A model generated the notes under the pieces. The model was not told the DNA's origin, made no database searches, and saw nothing but the letters and a program-made list of their open reading frames with translations. Positions 14,397 through 28,749 of a stretch of 64,000 bases of DNA are shown piece by piece (within the stretch, counting starts at the first letter, position 1; each line of letters opens with the position of its first letter). Source of the stretch: Eledone cirrhosa (Eukaryota). Position numbers and translations under genes: made by a program. The DNA lies in assembly GCA_964016885.1 (NCBI GenBank), contig OZ024740.1, positions 111,414,001 to 111,478,000 of the forward strand, written 5' to 3'.

Positions 14397-14972
14397 TGTT
14401 GGTGCTCTGAAATAGCTATATATATATGAATGTATATATAGTGTATTTTGCAATACACTGTATGCTTAATTAAAAGCATTTCGAAGACCTTATGCTATTG
14501 TTTTAGAGTAGTGACAGACTCACTTACTTTAATTTCAGCAAACAGGGGCAGATAAAGCTGACAAGGCCTTGTTTCGCATTTATTGATGCTAAGGTCTTCG
14601 GAATGCTTTTAATTAAGCATACAGTGTATGGCAAAATAGACTATATATACATTCATATATATATCGCTATTTCAGAGCACCAATTCTAATTTTCAATTTC
14701 TGCTTGACCGGCAACCGCTCTGTATAATCACTTCCTGATTATTTACTAGAATTCTATAAGAACCAAACATCCATGATTTCAGTAGACAGGAGGAGTAGTT
14801 GGCTTTGATAAGCATCAATAAATGCGAAACAAGGCCTTGTCAGCTTTATCTCCCCCTGTTTACTGAAATTAAAGTAAGGGAGTCTGTCACTACTCTAAAA
14901 CAATAGCATAAGGTCTTCGAAATGCTTTTAATTAAGCATACAGTGTATTGCAAAATACACTGTATATACATT
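14393..14972. mobile_element. Retrozyme-like element (family G2): inverted arm plus partial tandem of a 319-bp unit
   Basis: 14591-14650 is repeated at 14910-14970; 14393-14590 is an inverted copy; HHR at 14801-14845. Confidence 0.7.
14801..14845 (+). ncRNA. Type I hammerhead ribozyme, U3-A8 core variant
   Basis: ggct-TTGATAA-GCAT CAATAA ATGC-GAAAC AAGGCCTT GTC-agct; stems I and II pair; stem/loop III is palindromic. Confidence 0.75.
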
Positions 14973-15040
14973 AATATATATATTTATATATATATATACA
15001 TATATCTTTATATATATATATATATACATATATCTTTATA

Positions 15041-15134
<94 letters not shown>

Positions 15135-15137
<3 letters not shown>

Positions 15138-15330
15138 GGGAAAGAGTCAGGACCCCGACGGATGAGCTGTAGCAGTTACGACAGCTAGATCCAAACAGCA
15201 TTCGGATCTATCTGTCGAAACGGCCAGAGCTCAGTTGTCGGGCTCCTATTACCCACTGCACTACTCTAAGTATTGAGAACACTGGTACTTTATGGTCCAC
15301 CCGGTATCTTACCACACCTTCTTTGTTTTA
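15135..15330 (+). mobile_element. Family H PLE-type fragment with 3' half of a hammerhead
   Basis: gacag.tagatcc...ggatcta.ctgtc-GAAAC GGCCAGAGCTCAGTT GTC; the 5' part is replaced by a short inversion. Confidence 0.5.
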
Positions 15331-15344
15331 TATATATATATGTG

Positions 15345-16043
<699 letters not shown>

Positions 16044-16066
16044 AAATATATGTATATATATATAAA

Positions 16067-16655
<589 letters not shown>

Positions 16656-16825
16656 TATATATATAAATTCTCAACCACGCTCAGAAATGCTATAATGATA
16701 GCCAACAAAATAGGGTGGAAACCCTTAAAAGATGGAAAAATATGTTGCTATCGGCCTCTGCCTACACCTTTTACCGCTTTTAAAGGGTTTTCACCCTATT
16801 TTATTGGCTATCATTATCTTTATAG

Positions 16826-17210
16826 CGGTGGATTGGCAGTATCGTTAGAGGGTCGGATGCCATGCTTTCTAGCATAGTTACGTCCCTTAACGATCTGAGT
16901 TCAAATCCCGCTGAGGTTGACTTTGCCTTTCATCCTTACGGGGTCGATAAAATAAAGTACCAGTAATGCACTAGATAATTGCTGGCCTTGTGCCAAAAAG
17001 TAGAAACAATTATCTTTATAGCGGTGTATTGGCAGTATCGGTAGAGGGTCGGACGCCATGTTTGACGCAAAGTGTTAGGGTCCTATCCATTCTGAGTTTA
17101 AATCCCGCCGAGGTTAACTTTGCCTTTCATCCTTACGGGGTCGATACAATAAAGTACCAGTAATACACTGGGTATTTGCTGACCTTGTGCCAAAAGTAGA
17201 AACAATTATT
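16826..17210 (+). mobile_element. Two tandem tRNA-derived SINEs inside a small fold-back element
   Basis: Two copies (about 16826-17012 and 17021-17210) with ctttatagc repeated at the junctions; host inverted repeat at about 16672-16730 vs 16780-16820/17214-17235. Confidence 0.8.
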
Positions 17211-17321
17211 ACCTTTATAGCATTTTTGCGCTTGAGCACTTTGTTTATACTTATATATATACACTTATATTCTCCGCGCTTAAAAAGCCGAAAATTCTGC
17301 TTCGCACATTATATATATATA

Positions 17322-17880
17322 TAGTTGTAGAACACTGGAAGGTAATATCCGTAGTGGTAGAGCACACAGTCCATGGGACGAGTTAGGTAGAAGTGGTTAC
17401 ACAACAGTTAGTTCACCATACCGAGAACAATTGTTTCACCTTATGGATCCTCAGCTCATAATGGGCATGGTTATACGGAACAGGAAGGACAACCGTACGA
17501 ACGCGCATGCGCAGAAATCCGTCATTTCACACAGGCAATACTAAAATGCGTGCGAGAGGTGTAAGGGAGATAACTGCGAAAGTCCGAAAAGTTTTTAGTT
17601 GATAAGAAAAAATATTGATGTTGTTACAATAATTCATTCAATCCGGAGCTTTGTAGCTATGCAATAGGTGTTTCGAGACGTGTGGACTACGTGTGAAGAA
17701 ATCATTTCTCGTGTTTAGGCAATCACTATTGCATAATCCCTTTGACGGGTTTCTGCGCATGCGCGTTCGTACGGTTGTCCTTCCTGTTCCGTATAACCAT
17801 GACCATTACGAGCTGAGGATCCGCTAAGGTGAAACAATTGTTCTCGGTATGGTGAACTAACTGTTGTGTAACCACTTCTA
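17322..17880. mobile_element. Family C PLE 3'-end copy with inversion (non-coding)
   Basis: Matches 3271-3685; 17750-17880 is inverted; HHRs at 17422-17458 (-) and 17809-17846 (+). Confidence 0.85.
17809..17846 (+). ncRNA. Minimal type I hammerhead ribozyme (family C)
   Basis: cgag-CTGAGGA-TCCGCTAAGGT-GAAAC AATT GTT-ctcg. Confidence 0.85.
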
Positions 17881-17888
17881 TATATATA

Positions 17889-19423
17889 CTAGCTTAGGTA
17901 CCCAGCTTCGCCAAGGTTATCAAAGGATAAGAGAAGACCAGCAGAAGAGAAAACGTCTGTATTGAATGCATTGTCTTGTTTACAGTGTGTGCATTGTGTG
18001 TGCGTATGTGTGTGTATGTCTGTGTGTGTGTGTGTGTGTGTGTATGTTTGTGTGTTTTTGTGTATATATATGTGTGTGTGTGAGTGTTCGTGTGTGTGTG
18101 TGTATATATGTATATATATGTGTGTGTGCCTGTGTAAGTGTTCGTGTGTGGGCGTGTGCGTGTGCGTGTGCTTGTGTGTGTTTGTGTGTAATCCACCGTT
18201 GCAATCGCAGATATAGGCCGCGAAACACGATCATCACTGACAACGAACTCGCACAGAGAATCCCTTATGGTTGATTCCCAGCCTGCTAGAAATAGCAGTA
18301 AGGTTGATTAGCATACTTGGTATGTCTTTCTTCTTCTTTGGTGTTATAAAATTAGTATCATTAAACTTTCCTGGATATACTCTTATCCCAATCCTGTACA
18401 TACTTTCCGATTGTCATTTTTCGTTTTTTTTTTGTGTGATACGCGAAGGAACCAACCAACAAACATCTCTCTTTTATGTTCCTTTTATTTGTTCATTCAA
18501 AATATTTTTCAGCTAATTCTGTCGTACAATATACATCAGCAATCGTTATCTAACGTTTAAAACATATGAATAGCTGCGATATACGCACGATATCAATCAA
18601 AAACGATATGAGAATTGAATACCATACTAAAGCGCCAGTAAGCTTGCTAAGAACCTGCAGATTGAAATGTTAATAAATACACATTTGGCTTGGGTAAACT
18701 TTAAGATGTTCTTTCATTGTAGGTTTCTTTTCTCCTTCTCTCCTTCCTCTCCTCTTCCTTAGCTCACCCTAGAGCATCCTACATACAATTGACCATGTTT
18801 TCCCAGATGAAGGCCAGCCACTTTTAGGGTTTCACGCTGAGCTTTGTTGATGGTAATCGCGAAACTTAGTCTCTCTGGTGCGCTAGTAACATTTTTACTT
18901 CTGGAAAATCTGATCTTGCGTCCAGGCTAGGACATTTTGGGTCGCATATCGGCAGTAACAATGACGATAAGCCGTCTGTGCTTTCGTCAAATAAATATGT
19001 TTGTTTATATTTTGTTTTTGTGCACGAATATATAATTATATATATATATATTAAAATAACAGATTAAAGTTTCAGCAAAGAAACGCTGCTTTCAACCTTA
19101 ACGGGATTTTTTAAAACTCAACAAAATCAATCTGTGAACGCATAAGTAAATATTTCGAAAAACGTTGCAACCGAAAGAAAACAGGAAGATGATACTTTGG
19201 TTCGTGAAGACGTTAGGAATGTCGTATAACCGGAAGTGTTGAGATTTGAAAATTTTAAAGAAGTGAAAATTTAAATAATGTCTTTAATCTTTTAACAAAA
19301 TTCAGTAGACTAAAATCACTTTCTTACTTGGAAAAAGTTACATCTATGGTGCAAATTTAGTGCCGTTTGGTCCAGCCGCTTGGCGGAAAGTTTGTTACTT
19401 ATATATGGCCGTCAGCTTTATAG

Positions 19424-19430
<7 letters not shown>
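17889..19430 (-). mobile_element. Non-autonomous Helitron with nested insertions
   Basis: Minus 3' end ccttggcgaagctggg hairpin + CTAG|T; minus 5' end tatactataaagctg resembles the start at 24201. Confidence 0.55.
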
Positions 19431-19454
<24 letters not shown>

Positions 19455-19644
19455 GAGGCGTGTATAAGTGTGCATGTACATGTGTATATATAGATTTATA
19501 TATATGCATACATAACATGTTTTCAACTTGTACAAAAAAGCCCTAGGGATCTAATTGACATTGAATATATATATATATTTATATATGTGTGCCTGTGTGT
19601 ATATATATGTATGTATGTATATGTATGTGTGCATGGATATATAT

Positions 19645-20270
19645 GGTCAGGTCGTCGGTGACTAAACCGGCAACCCCACCAAGGTGAGGTGGGTGATATT
19701 TGAACACCCTGCAGAAAGAAATACAAGACCCGGCAAAGGGCGGAGGAACTTAGCATAGTCAACGGCCATCCAAACAGTACTTTTTTTATCCTGGAAAGTG
19801 AAAGGCCCCCAGTTGTTGTCACAACACCTTTCTGGAGAGGGAAACTCTGAAAAAAAACCTGTGGCTTCGGAAGCATCCGATGATGTTGACAGGTTCTCCT
19901 TTTCGGGTAGTGTTTGCGATGCTCAGAGAATGGGATTGGTCGAGTGCAAGGCCTTTCCCCACTTAAAAAAACATTGAAAGAACAAGCATTGCTTGTTCAG
20001 GGTCTGTTACTGGTTTGTGTGTCTCGCTGTAGTCTAAAAGTGCACCAAACTCTATAATCTGACAAGCGATTGCAGCACTCTGTGGGAGCCCCTGCATGGA
20101 CACACTGGAAGAGGAAGACCAAGGTTAACGTATGTTGATGCCCTAAGGACAGACACTGTTGATGCCCTAAGGACACTCTCTGTTGGAGACGCAAGACATG
20201 GCAGCGATAATGAGGGACAGAGACCGCTGGAGAGAATTCGTCCATGGATCACAGGAATTTTACCCGCCCT
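19645..20270 (+). mobile_element. Bipartite non-autonomous RTE derivative (family B)
   Basis: 5'UTR-like part (shares motifs with family A) fused to a 3' end nearly identical to the RTE at 52358-52535; ends ...ttttacccgccct(AT)n. Confidence 0.8.
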
Positions 20271-20713
20271 ATATATATACCACCTTCACCACTAATTGAT
20301 TTAACAGATGTCTTTAACCCATTGGTACCAAACATTATTTGGTCAGTAGTTCATGTGTATGTGTAAGTATATATATATATATATATATATATATGCTTGT
20401 GTGTGGGTGTCTATATATGTATGTTTGCATGCATAAATGAATACACTAAGCTTTAGATTTAGTAGAATGTACAACCACAATGCTTTGCTTAATTGTTTTA
20501 TTTTTTAAATTTTATTCTTTTTCTTAGACTTCAGGTATTTATCCCCCATCTCTCTCTCTCCCCCATCCCTCTCTCTCTCTCTCTCTCTCCCTCTTTCTCT
20601 CTGTGATATTTGAACATACTAAGATTTGGGTTTACTTTATTCATATATATATATTTTCTTGCATGTCAGATTCAAAATTACAATGATTGACATTATATAT
20701 ATATATATGTATG

Positions 20714-20906
<193 letters not shown>

Positions 20907-20911
20907 ATATA

Positions 20912-20959
<48 letters not shown>

Positions 20960-20962
<3 letters not shown>

Positions 20963-21640
20963 TTTGTTTGTTAAAATAATCAAATTAAATCAATTCAACA
21001 GTTATACACACATAGGAATAATAAGATTGTTGCCAGAGAGTCAGAAGATTGACAAGTCGACACTAAGTATTACTAATAGCCCTATGGATGCCATGAACGA
21101 CACCACATCTTTTTCACTTTGATTTTGAAAGTAGGCTTAAAATTATTAATTTTCATTATACTTTTGTAGCGGTCTCCGTGACCTAGTTGGAGGAATCATA
21201 GACGGGGGTAATCATGGTTTGAAGTTCGATCCTGGTCGGGAGTAGGCTTCCCGTTAAAACTTTTCAGTTTTTTTCTATGGGTTGTAAAAATAAACTGAAA
21301 AAGACAACATGTACCTCTCAACCAGGATTGAACCCAAGGCCAGGATCTCCACCGTCTCCAGTACCTACCACTAGGTCACTGAGACAGCTACAAAGCTCCG
21401 CCAAAAAATGTATACTTACAAACATACTTTCAAAATTTTCAATGCTACTGTTGGTTAAGATTCAGTCACTACTATGACTGAATCTTAACCATCTACTATG
21501 TCAGGGTATGTCATGCATCATTTTATTTTATCTGATGAGGATATACTGTTGAACTTAACTCTGTACCTCTGAAATATGTATAATAATATGTAATTGATCA
21601 CAAGAATATCTATTTTGTTAATATTTTGAATTAATATATA
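20960..21640. mobile_element. Family E-related element with inverted tRNA-like units and HHR
   Basis: Inverted A/B-box units at 21165-21240 and 21315-21390; HHR at 21528-21586; 21480-21640 matches 6775-6918. Confidence 0.55.
21528..21586 (+). ncRNA. Type I hammerhead ribozyme (family E)
   Basis: ttat-CTGATGA-GG...CCTCT-GAAAT ATGT ATA-ataa. Confidence 0.65.
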
Positions 21641-21659
21641 TATATATATAAAACATATA

Positions 21660-22042
<383 letters not shown>

Positions 22043-22072
22043 AAAGAATAGAGGTGTAACACACAAGTTATT

Positions 22073-22529
<457 letters not shown>

Positions 22530-22663
22530 GTCTGAATGTTGCTTGTTCTGCTTATCTCAATATTATAGTTCTGGTATGTCAAATTAATACCATAGAACAA
22601 CCCTTGTATCATAGACACCCTATATATTTCCAGGGGTACTTAGTACCTGTGGGCATATTAACT

Positions 22664-22743
<80 letters not shown>

Positions 22744-22881
22744 CATATAAGCAAAGGGATATTTAATTTGTTGGTAATTCAACAAATATATTTATAACAG
22801 ATAAGAAGCACTCGACAAGTTTCTGGAGTATAATCAATGATATTAATAAATGGAAACTATATTTATAAAACCATATTTATT

Positions 22882-22934
22882 CTATTATATATATTTCAAG
22901 GGTACCAAAACTTTTGTACGCCATCATCAGCTAA
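22882..22934 (-). ncRNA. Type I hammerhead ribozyme (family F)
   Basis: CTGATGA-TGGC GTACAAAAG TTTTGGTAC CCTT-GAAAT ATAT ATA. Confidence 0.6.
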
Positions 22935-23721
22935 AATACAAAGTTTGTTTGATAAATATTGACATATCCAGGAATGAGACATTTACGGTTCAAGTTTCAC
23001 CTGGATAGTGAAAGAAAAGAGAGAGAAAGGGAAAAAGGGGAAGAAAAGAAAAAAACAAATATTTTAAATTATTTTGATGAATATGCAAATGAGGTTGAGG
23101 CGTAGGGCTGAAAAAAATCGTTATTTTTAGACGCTAGGTAGATTTAAATAATTATTAGGAAATATATATGTATACATAGGAAGAAGAAAGAAAGAAAAGC
23201 TTGTATTTATATTACTACAGTGTACATGAATTAAAAAAAAATGAAAAGTTAAAAATTAAAAGTTTGTGAAAGTGATGGAATATCAATCCAGAATTTAAAT
23301 AATATTTATATAATCATTACAATTATATAATCATTACAATTATATAATTATTACAATTATTATTACAATTATAATCATTACAAATATATAATCATTACAA
23401 TTAGATTATATGAAGAATTATGGTTGTAAGTACATGTTATCTTATTATATTACAACACGTTGTAAGTATATAAATATCTATATAGATTAATAAGTGTATA
23501 AATATAAATATTATTGTTGATTATATAGATATATAACTCACGTATTAATTATATAGATATATAACTCACGTATACATTTCTAATATGAGTTACGAAGGAT
23601 GTTGATTTACATTTTAAATATATATTTGAGAAAAAGACATAGTTCAAATTTTAAGAGAAGAACAATTTGTAGATTCAAATAGATTCATCAAAAATTGAAA
23701 ATATTTACAGAACATTATTAA

Positions 23722-23910
23722 GTGGATTGGCAGTATCGGTAGAGAGTCGGACACCATGCTTTGAAGCATAGAGTTACGTCCCTTTATGATCTGAGTTCAA
23801 ATCCCGACGAGGTTAACTTTACCTTTCATCCTTACGGGGTCGATAAAATAAAGTACCAGTAATGTACTGGGTAATTGCTGGCCGTGTGCCTAAAATAGAA
23901 ACAATTATTA
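23722..23910 (+). mobile_element. tRNA-derived SINE
   Basis: Same family as 1680-1868. Confidence 0.85.
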
Positions 23911-24200
23911 AGTTAGCGAAATTACATAGAATTTAACATAGAAGTTATTATGTTTATCGTTGCTCAATTGTAAAGGAAAAGAGAACCAATATTATAAACT
24001 ATTAATATTAGATTTGATGAGTAATTTTCTTAGAAAATGCGGAAAGTATGTAGAGAAAATTATATGTTATTTTGTGTGAGAATATAAGGTATTTTATATT
24101 ACATGTTTTGAAGGATGAGAATTTCAATTATATATGTATTTGGATATTATCTACGCCGAAAGATGTGTGAAAAGTTTGAAAATTAAAGAGGAAAAATGTA

Positions 24201-24399
24201 TCTATAATATTATAAAGCTGAGTGTCGTATGTATGTATTATGTATGTATGTATCCTACACACCTCCCTATAGTTTCTTAGCTTTACTCTCTCCGTCGCTC
24301 TTCCCTCTCTCTATAATAGATCATTCCCCCTCTCTATAATTTAACTGCTTTACTCTCTCTGTCGTTCTTCACTCTCAAATATTACAAAGCTGAGCGTCG

Positions 24400-24443
<44 letters not shown>

Positions 24444-24906
24444 ACCCTCTCTAAAATTTAACTGCTTTACTCTCTGTCTCTCCCCACTCTCTATATGACA
24501 ACACTCTTTTACTTTCCGTATCTACCTTCAATATGTCAACATAGAGATGAGCGTCGTATGTTTGTTTATTTCAAAAGGATAACCTCCTTCAAATTCGGTC
24601 AATACACAAGCTGGTAATACATACATCAAAAGGCAACCCTATTAGAGAGACAGAGAGTGAAAGAGACAGATTATTCTCCTTCCGACTCTCTCCCTCTCTC
24701 TATCTCTCTCTCTCTGAATAACTAACAATTTAATTGTATCTCTCTCTGTCTAACGGTCTATCTCTCACTTTTCCCCTCTCTCTGTTTTTCTGTCTCTCTC
24801 TGTAGATATGTGTGAATAACTAACACGGGAGGGTGTGTGGTATCGTTGCAGTGGAGTGGTGGGGGCAGGTACACCTAGCCGAGCGCCAGCCAGACGGGTC
24901 TGTTAG
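24201..24906 (+). mobile_element. Non-autonomous Helitron
   Basis: A|TCTATAATATTATAAAGCTG start; GC-rich subterminal segment and TTAG|T end (degenerate CTAG). Confidence 0.55.
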
Positions 24907-25364
24907 TTATTAGATAAGTCAAGAGTGCATTTAGAAGAACTATCGTAAAGAGGATATCTTTCACGATATCAATAAAAAAAATATCAATCTAAAAATATAG
25001 ATTAAGAAGAGTATCATTTCAATATTTTAAAATTCATGTACACTGTAGTAATATAAATACAGGCTTTTCTTTCTTTCTTCTTCCTATATATGCATATATT
25101 TCCTAATAATTATTTAAATCTACCTAGCGTCTAAAAATAACGATTTTTTCAGCCCTACGCCTCAACCTCATTTGCATAATCCTCAAAATAATTTGAAATA
25201 TTTGTTTTTTCCTTTCTTCCTCCTTTTCCCTTTTCTCTCTTTCCTTTCACTATCCAGGTGAAACTTGAACCGTAAAGGTCTCATTCCTGGATTTGTCAAT
25301 ATTAGTAAAACAAACTTTGTATTTTATCTGATGAGAGTGTACCAAAATGTTGGTACCCTTGAAA

Positions 25365-25805
25365 TCTTAACTATAATAAAGAAAGGAGTGCGGGACTGCG
25401 TCCAGAATATATATTTTTACCCCGTTTGTAAAATCAGTTGAATTAGTTTGAAGATAATAATGAATGAATATTACATAATTTATGTGGTAAAATTCGTAGC
25501 TATTGATTAAATATATTTTATAGCTTATTTAAAGATGCACTTCTTTAAAATTTTCAAATGTCAACACTTCCGGTTAGCGACCGTTATATTATAACACTTA
25601 TAAAAATATCGCATATATTTCCGTCGCTAATTTTCTCTCATTACATAAGACAGGTTAACATAGACTTCGTTCAATTTCTGTGTATATTGTCAATTACGAT
25701 TTTATTTGATGTATCATATCTACATGCATATATATTTGTGTATAATATCAATATCCACACTACACATACTAGCAGAAAACCACCCGACGGTGGTTTTTCT
25801 GCTAG
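25365..25805 (+). mobile_element. Non-autonomous Helitron
   Basis: A|TC start, terminal palindrome ctagcagaaaaccacc-cgac-ggtggtttttctgctag|T, no TSD; flanks rejoin to match the mirror arm at 22880-22900. Confidence 0.8.
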
Positions 25806-25862
25806 TATGTATAATAAAATAAATATGGTTTTATAAATATAGTTTTCATTTATTAATATCAT

Positions 25863-26287
<425 letters not shown>

Positions 26288-26492
26288 AACAAAGGGAGAT
26301 AAGCTGACAGATCTCTGTTTCATACTGATGGTATTCCTGTTTGTTGAAAAAAGAAGTAAGGGATATAGTCACTACTTTAAATAAATAGCGTAATGTCTTC
26401 AAAAGGCTTTTAATTTAGCATACAGTGTATTACCAAACAAACTATATATACATTCATATATACATCGCTACCTCAGAGCAACAATTCTAATT
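26288..26492. mobile_element. Family G fragment
   Basis: Similar to 14255-14345 and 14600-14690; includes a short inverted GAAAC..GTC piece. Confidence 0.6.
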
Positions 26493-26602
26493 TATATATA
26501 TATATATATATTAGAGTGTGCCATAAAAAAACAAGGTCACAATACTAACGCTCCCTGTATATTTTCCCATTATAAATGCCCCACTTGGTAAAATAAAACA
26601 TA

Positions 26603-27579
26603 CAGCAAAAAAAAGTAATATTGTTGGAATATAAACCTTTAAAAATACAGGACAAGAAACTAAAATAAAACTTTAAAAGAATAGGACAAGAAACTAAGAT
26701 AAAACTTTAAAGAATTGGACAAGAAATAAAAAATTTTACAATAATATTAGTGGCAAAATTTTTATTGGTAAAAAATCGAGTTCCACATTCATAGGCTCTG
26801 GGTTTCACATTCAGAGGTCGTCGTCAGACCGGGGGGATCATTTGATCCTGGTTTGAACTCAAATTGGGCCATAACCATACCCCTATTTCATCAACGGCGA
26901 CACGCCTCATATGTCATGCATAATGTGAATGGACCCATGGGCCCATGAGCACAGATCTTGAGCAGCAGCGGACGGTCTTGTCGTCCCGCTCATCCTTGAT
27001 CTTGACCAACCCGTCCATCTTCTCCTTGCATCTTGTCCTTGAGTTCAAGTCCGACAGTCCAGATGAATGCGTGCCACAGCTTTCTGGTACAGGAAGGAGG
27101 AGCAGGAGGACTGGAGGGATGACGGGACAGAGAGAGGGAGGACCGGTGGTTGAGGGAGGTGCCGTAGTCGATGGTCAGAGTCGACATCTTGTCCCGGTCG
27201 TCTTCTCCATCTTCGTCTGGTGTTGCGGGACCAGTAGTGCATTCTTGGAGGAGACCTGCAGCTGCATCGGCCAATTCTTCTTGCAGTGACGGAGCAGAAC
27301 TGCTCAGCCAACCAACCCCAACCAGAACCAACCGCTCAGGGGCAACGCACAATGAGATCATGACAATTATTATGCACTAATCAAGAAGATACTGGGGCAT
27401 AGCACAGGAAACGAATAAAAAAATTTTGCCACTAATATTATTGTAAAATTTTTTATTTCTTGTCCAATTCTTTAAAGTTTTATCTTAGTTTCTTGTCCTA
27501 TTCTCTTAAAGTTTTATTTTAGTTTCTTGTCCTGTATTTTTAAAGGTTTATATTCCAACAATATTACTTTTTTTTGCTG
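26603..27579. mobile_element. Nested TA-flanked TIR element (Tc1/mariner-like MITE)
   Basis: About 165-bp TIRs TA|CAGCAAAAAAAAGTA...TACTTTTTTTTGCTG|TA with three roughly 32-bp internal subrepeats. Confidence 0.75.
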
Positions 27580-28087
27580 TACGCATTTTTCTATCTGGTC
27601 TACTATTTTTTAAGGCAATGCAAGCAACAACTATCTAATAATTAAAAGATCATAGTGAATTACTGACAAGTGATTGACATTTTAAAGTTCTTTTGAGTAT
27701 AATTGCAATCTAGTTGAGGCAACTGGCTTAATGACAAAGCTCGTAAATCATGAATGCATTTGAGATGATTAGTGCATAATAGTGAATTGGTGAAACTTGT
27801 GCATTTCAATGGTGTTACGGATAAAAACTGATACTGTTGTCTACGACCTTTATATAGGATTGTCATGTTTCTCTGTATCTGCAATGTGGGTATACAAAAT
27901 AAGAATTATGATATTAACTTTTATTTAAAATCCCAAAAAATGCTGTGCATGAAAACTTCAAAAAGTAATTCTATTTCTATTGATGACCTCTTAGTTGCTC
28001 ATACTAATTTTGTAAAAGATTTCAAGCCAATAATCAGAATGATCAGGTATAATTTTTATGCAGATAAATGACTAATTAGTATAAAGG

Positions 28088-28148
28088 GCCATCCAGATAT
28101 CATGTGGACACCGCGAACCAAATATGGTCACATGATATCTGGATGGCT
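28088..28148. repeat. Small hairpin (about 19-bp perfect inverted repeat)
   Basis: gccatccagatatcatgtg ... cacatgatatctggatggc. Confidence 0.7.
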
Positions 28149-28749
28149 CCTAAGCATCCCCTCCACATGGCGGGGACATGGGTTGTCATCGTGGAGCACT
28201 CACCTATTTTTAAAATATTAGACTATGATAAATGAATTTAGTTAAAAATACAATTTGAAATATATTAGATTACCTCCCCTTGTAATTACCTCGTAATTAC
28301 CTCCCCTAGCGTCACGCTTACTACTCACTCACTTGAACACAAGATTTATCAGCAAACTTTGATTATAAACTTTTTTCCGCTGGACCAAATTTCTAGATTT
28401 CTAAGCCAAAAGATGCGTAATGATCTACTGTTCATGCTCATATAAGTTTTATCTCAGTTAAATGAAGTAGAGCCGCGCTGTACTGTCGTAAACAGACGAT
28501 TGCCAACGAAAACACGACCACACTACCGTCCGTTTAGGATGTTGTATAAAATAAATTATGTTGAGCTTTGCCTATATCATGGTCATTATAGTGGAAAGTG
28601 TGATTATGTTGCATGAAATCATGAAAATGTGAAACCAAATATGACCACACAATAATTGTTTATTTTATTAATCCATTATATTTAGTAAACCAGCTTTGAA
28701 TATGAAGGCGTAGAAGGAAGAAACAAGTTCAAGTAAGTTAACTCCAGTC

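Noticed and set aside
18800-18875. Possible hammerhead (CAGATGA...GAAACTTAGTC)
   Set aside because: Core mismatch and no convincing stem I or II.
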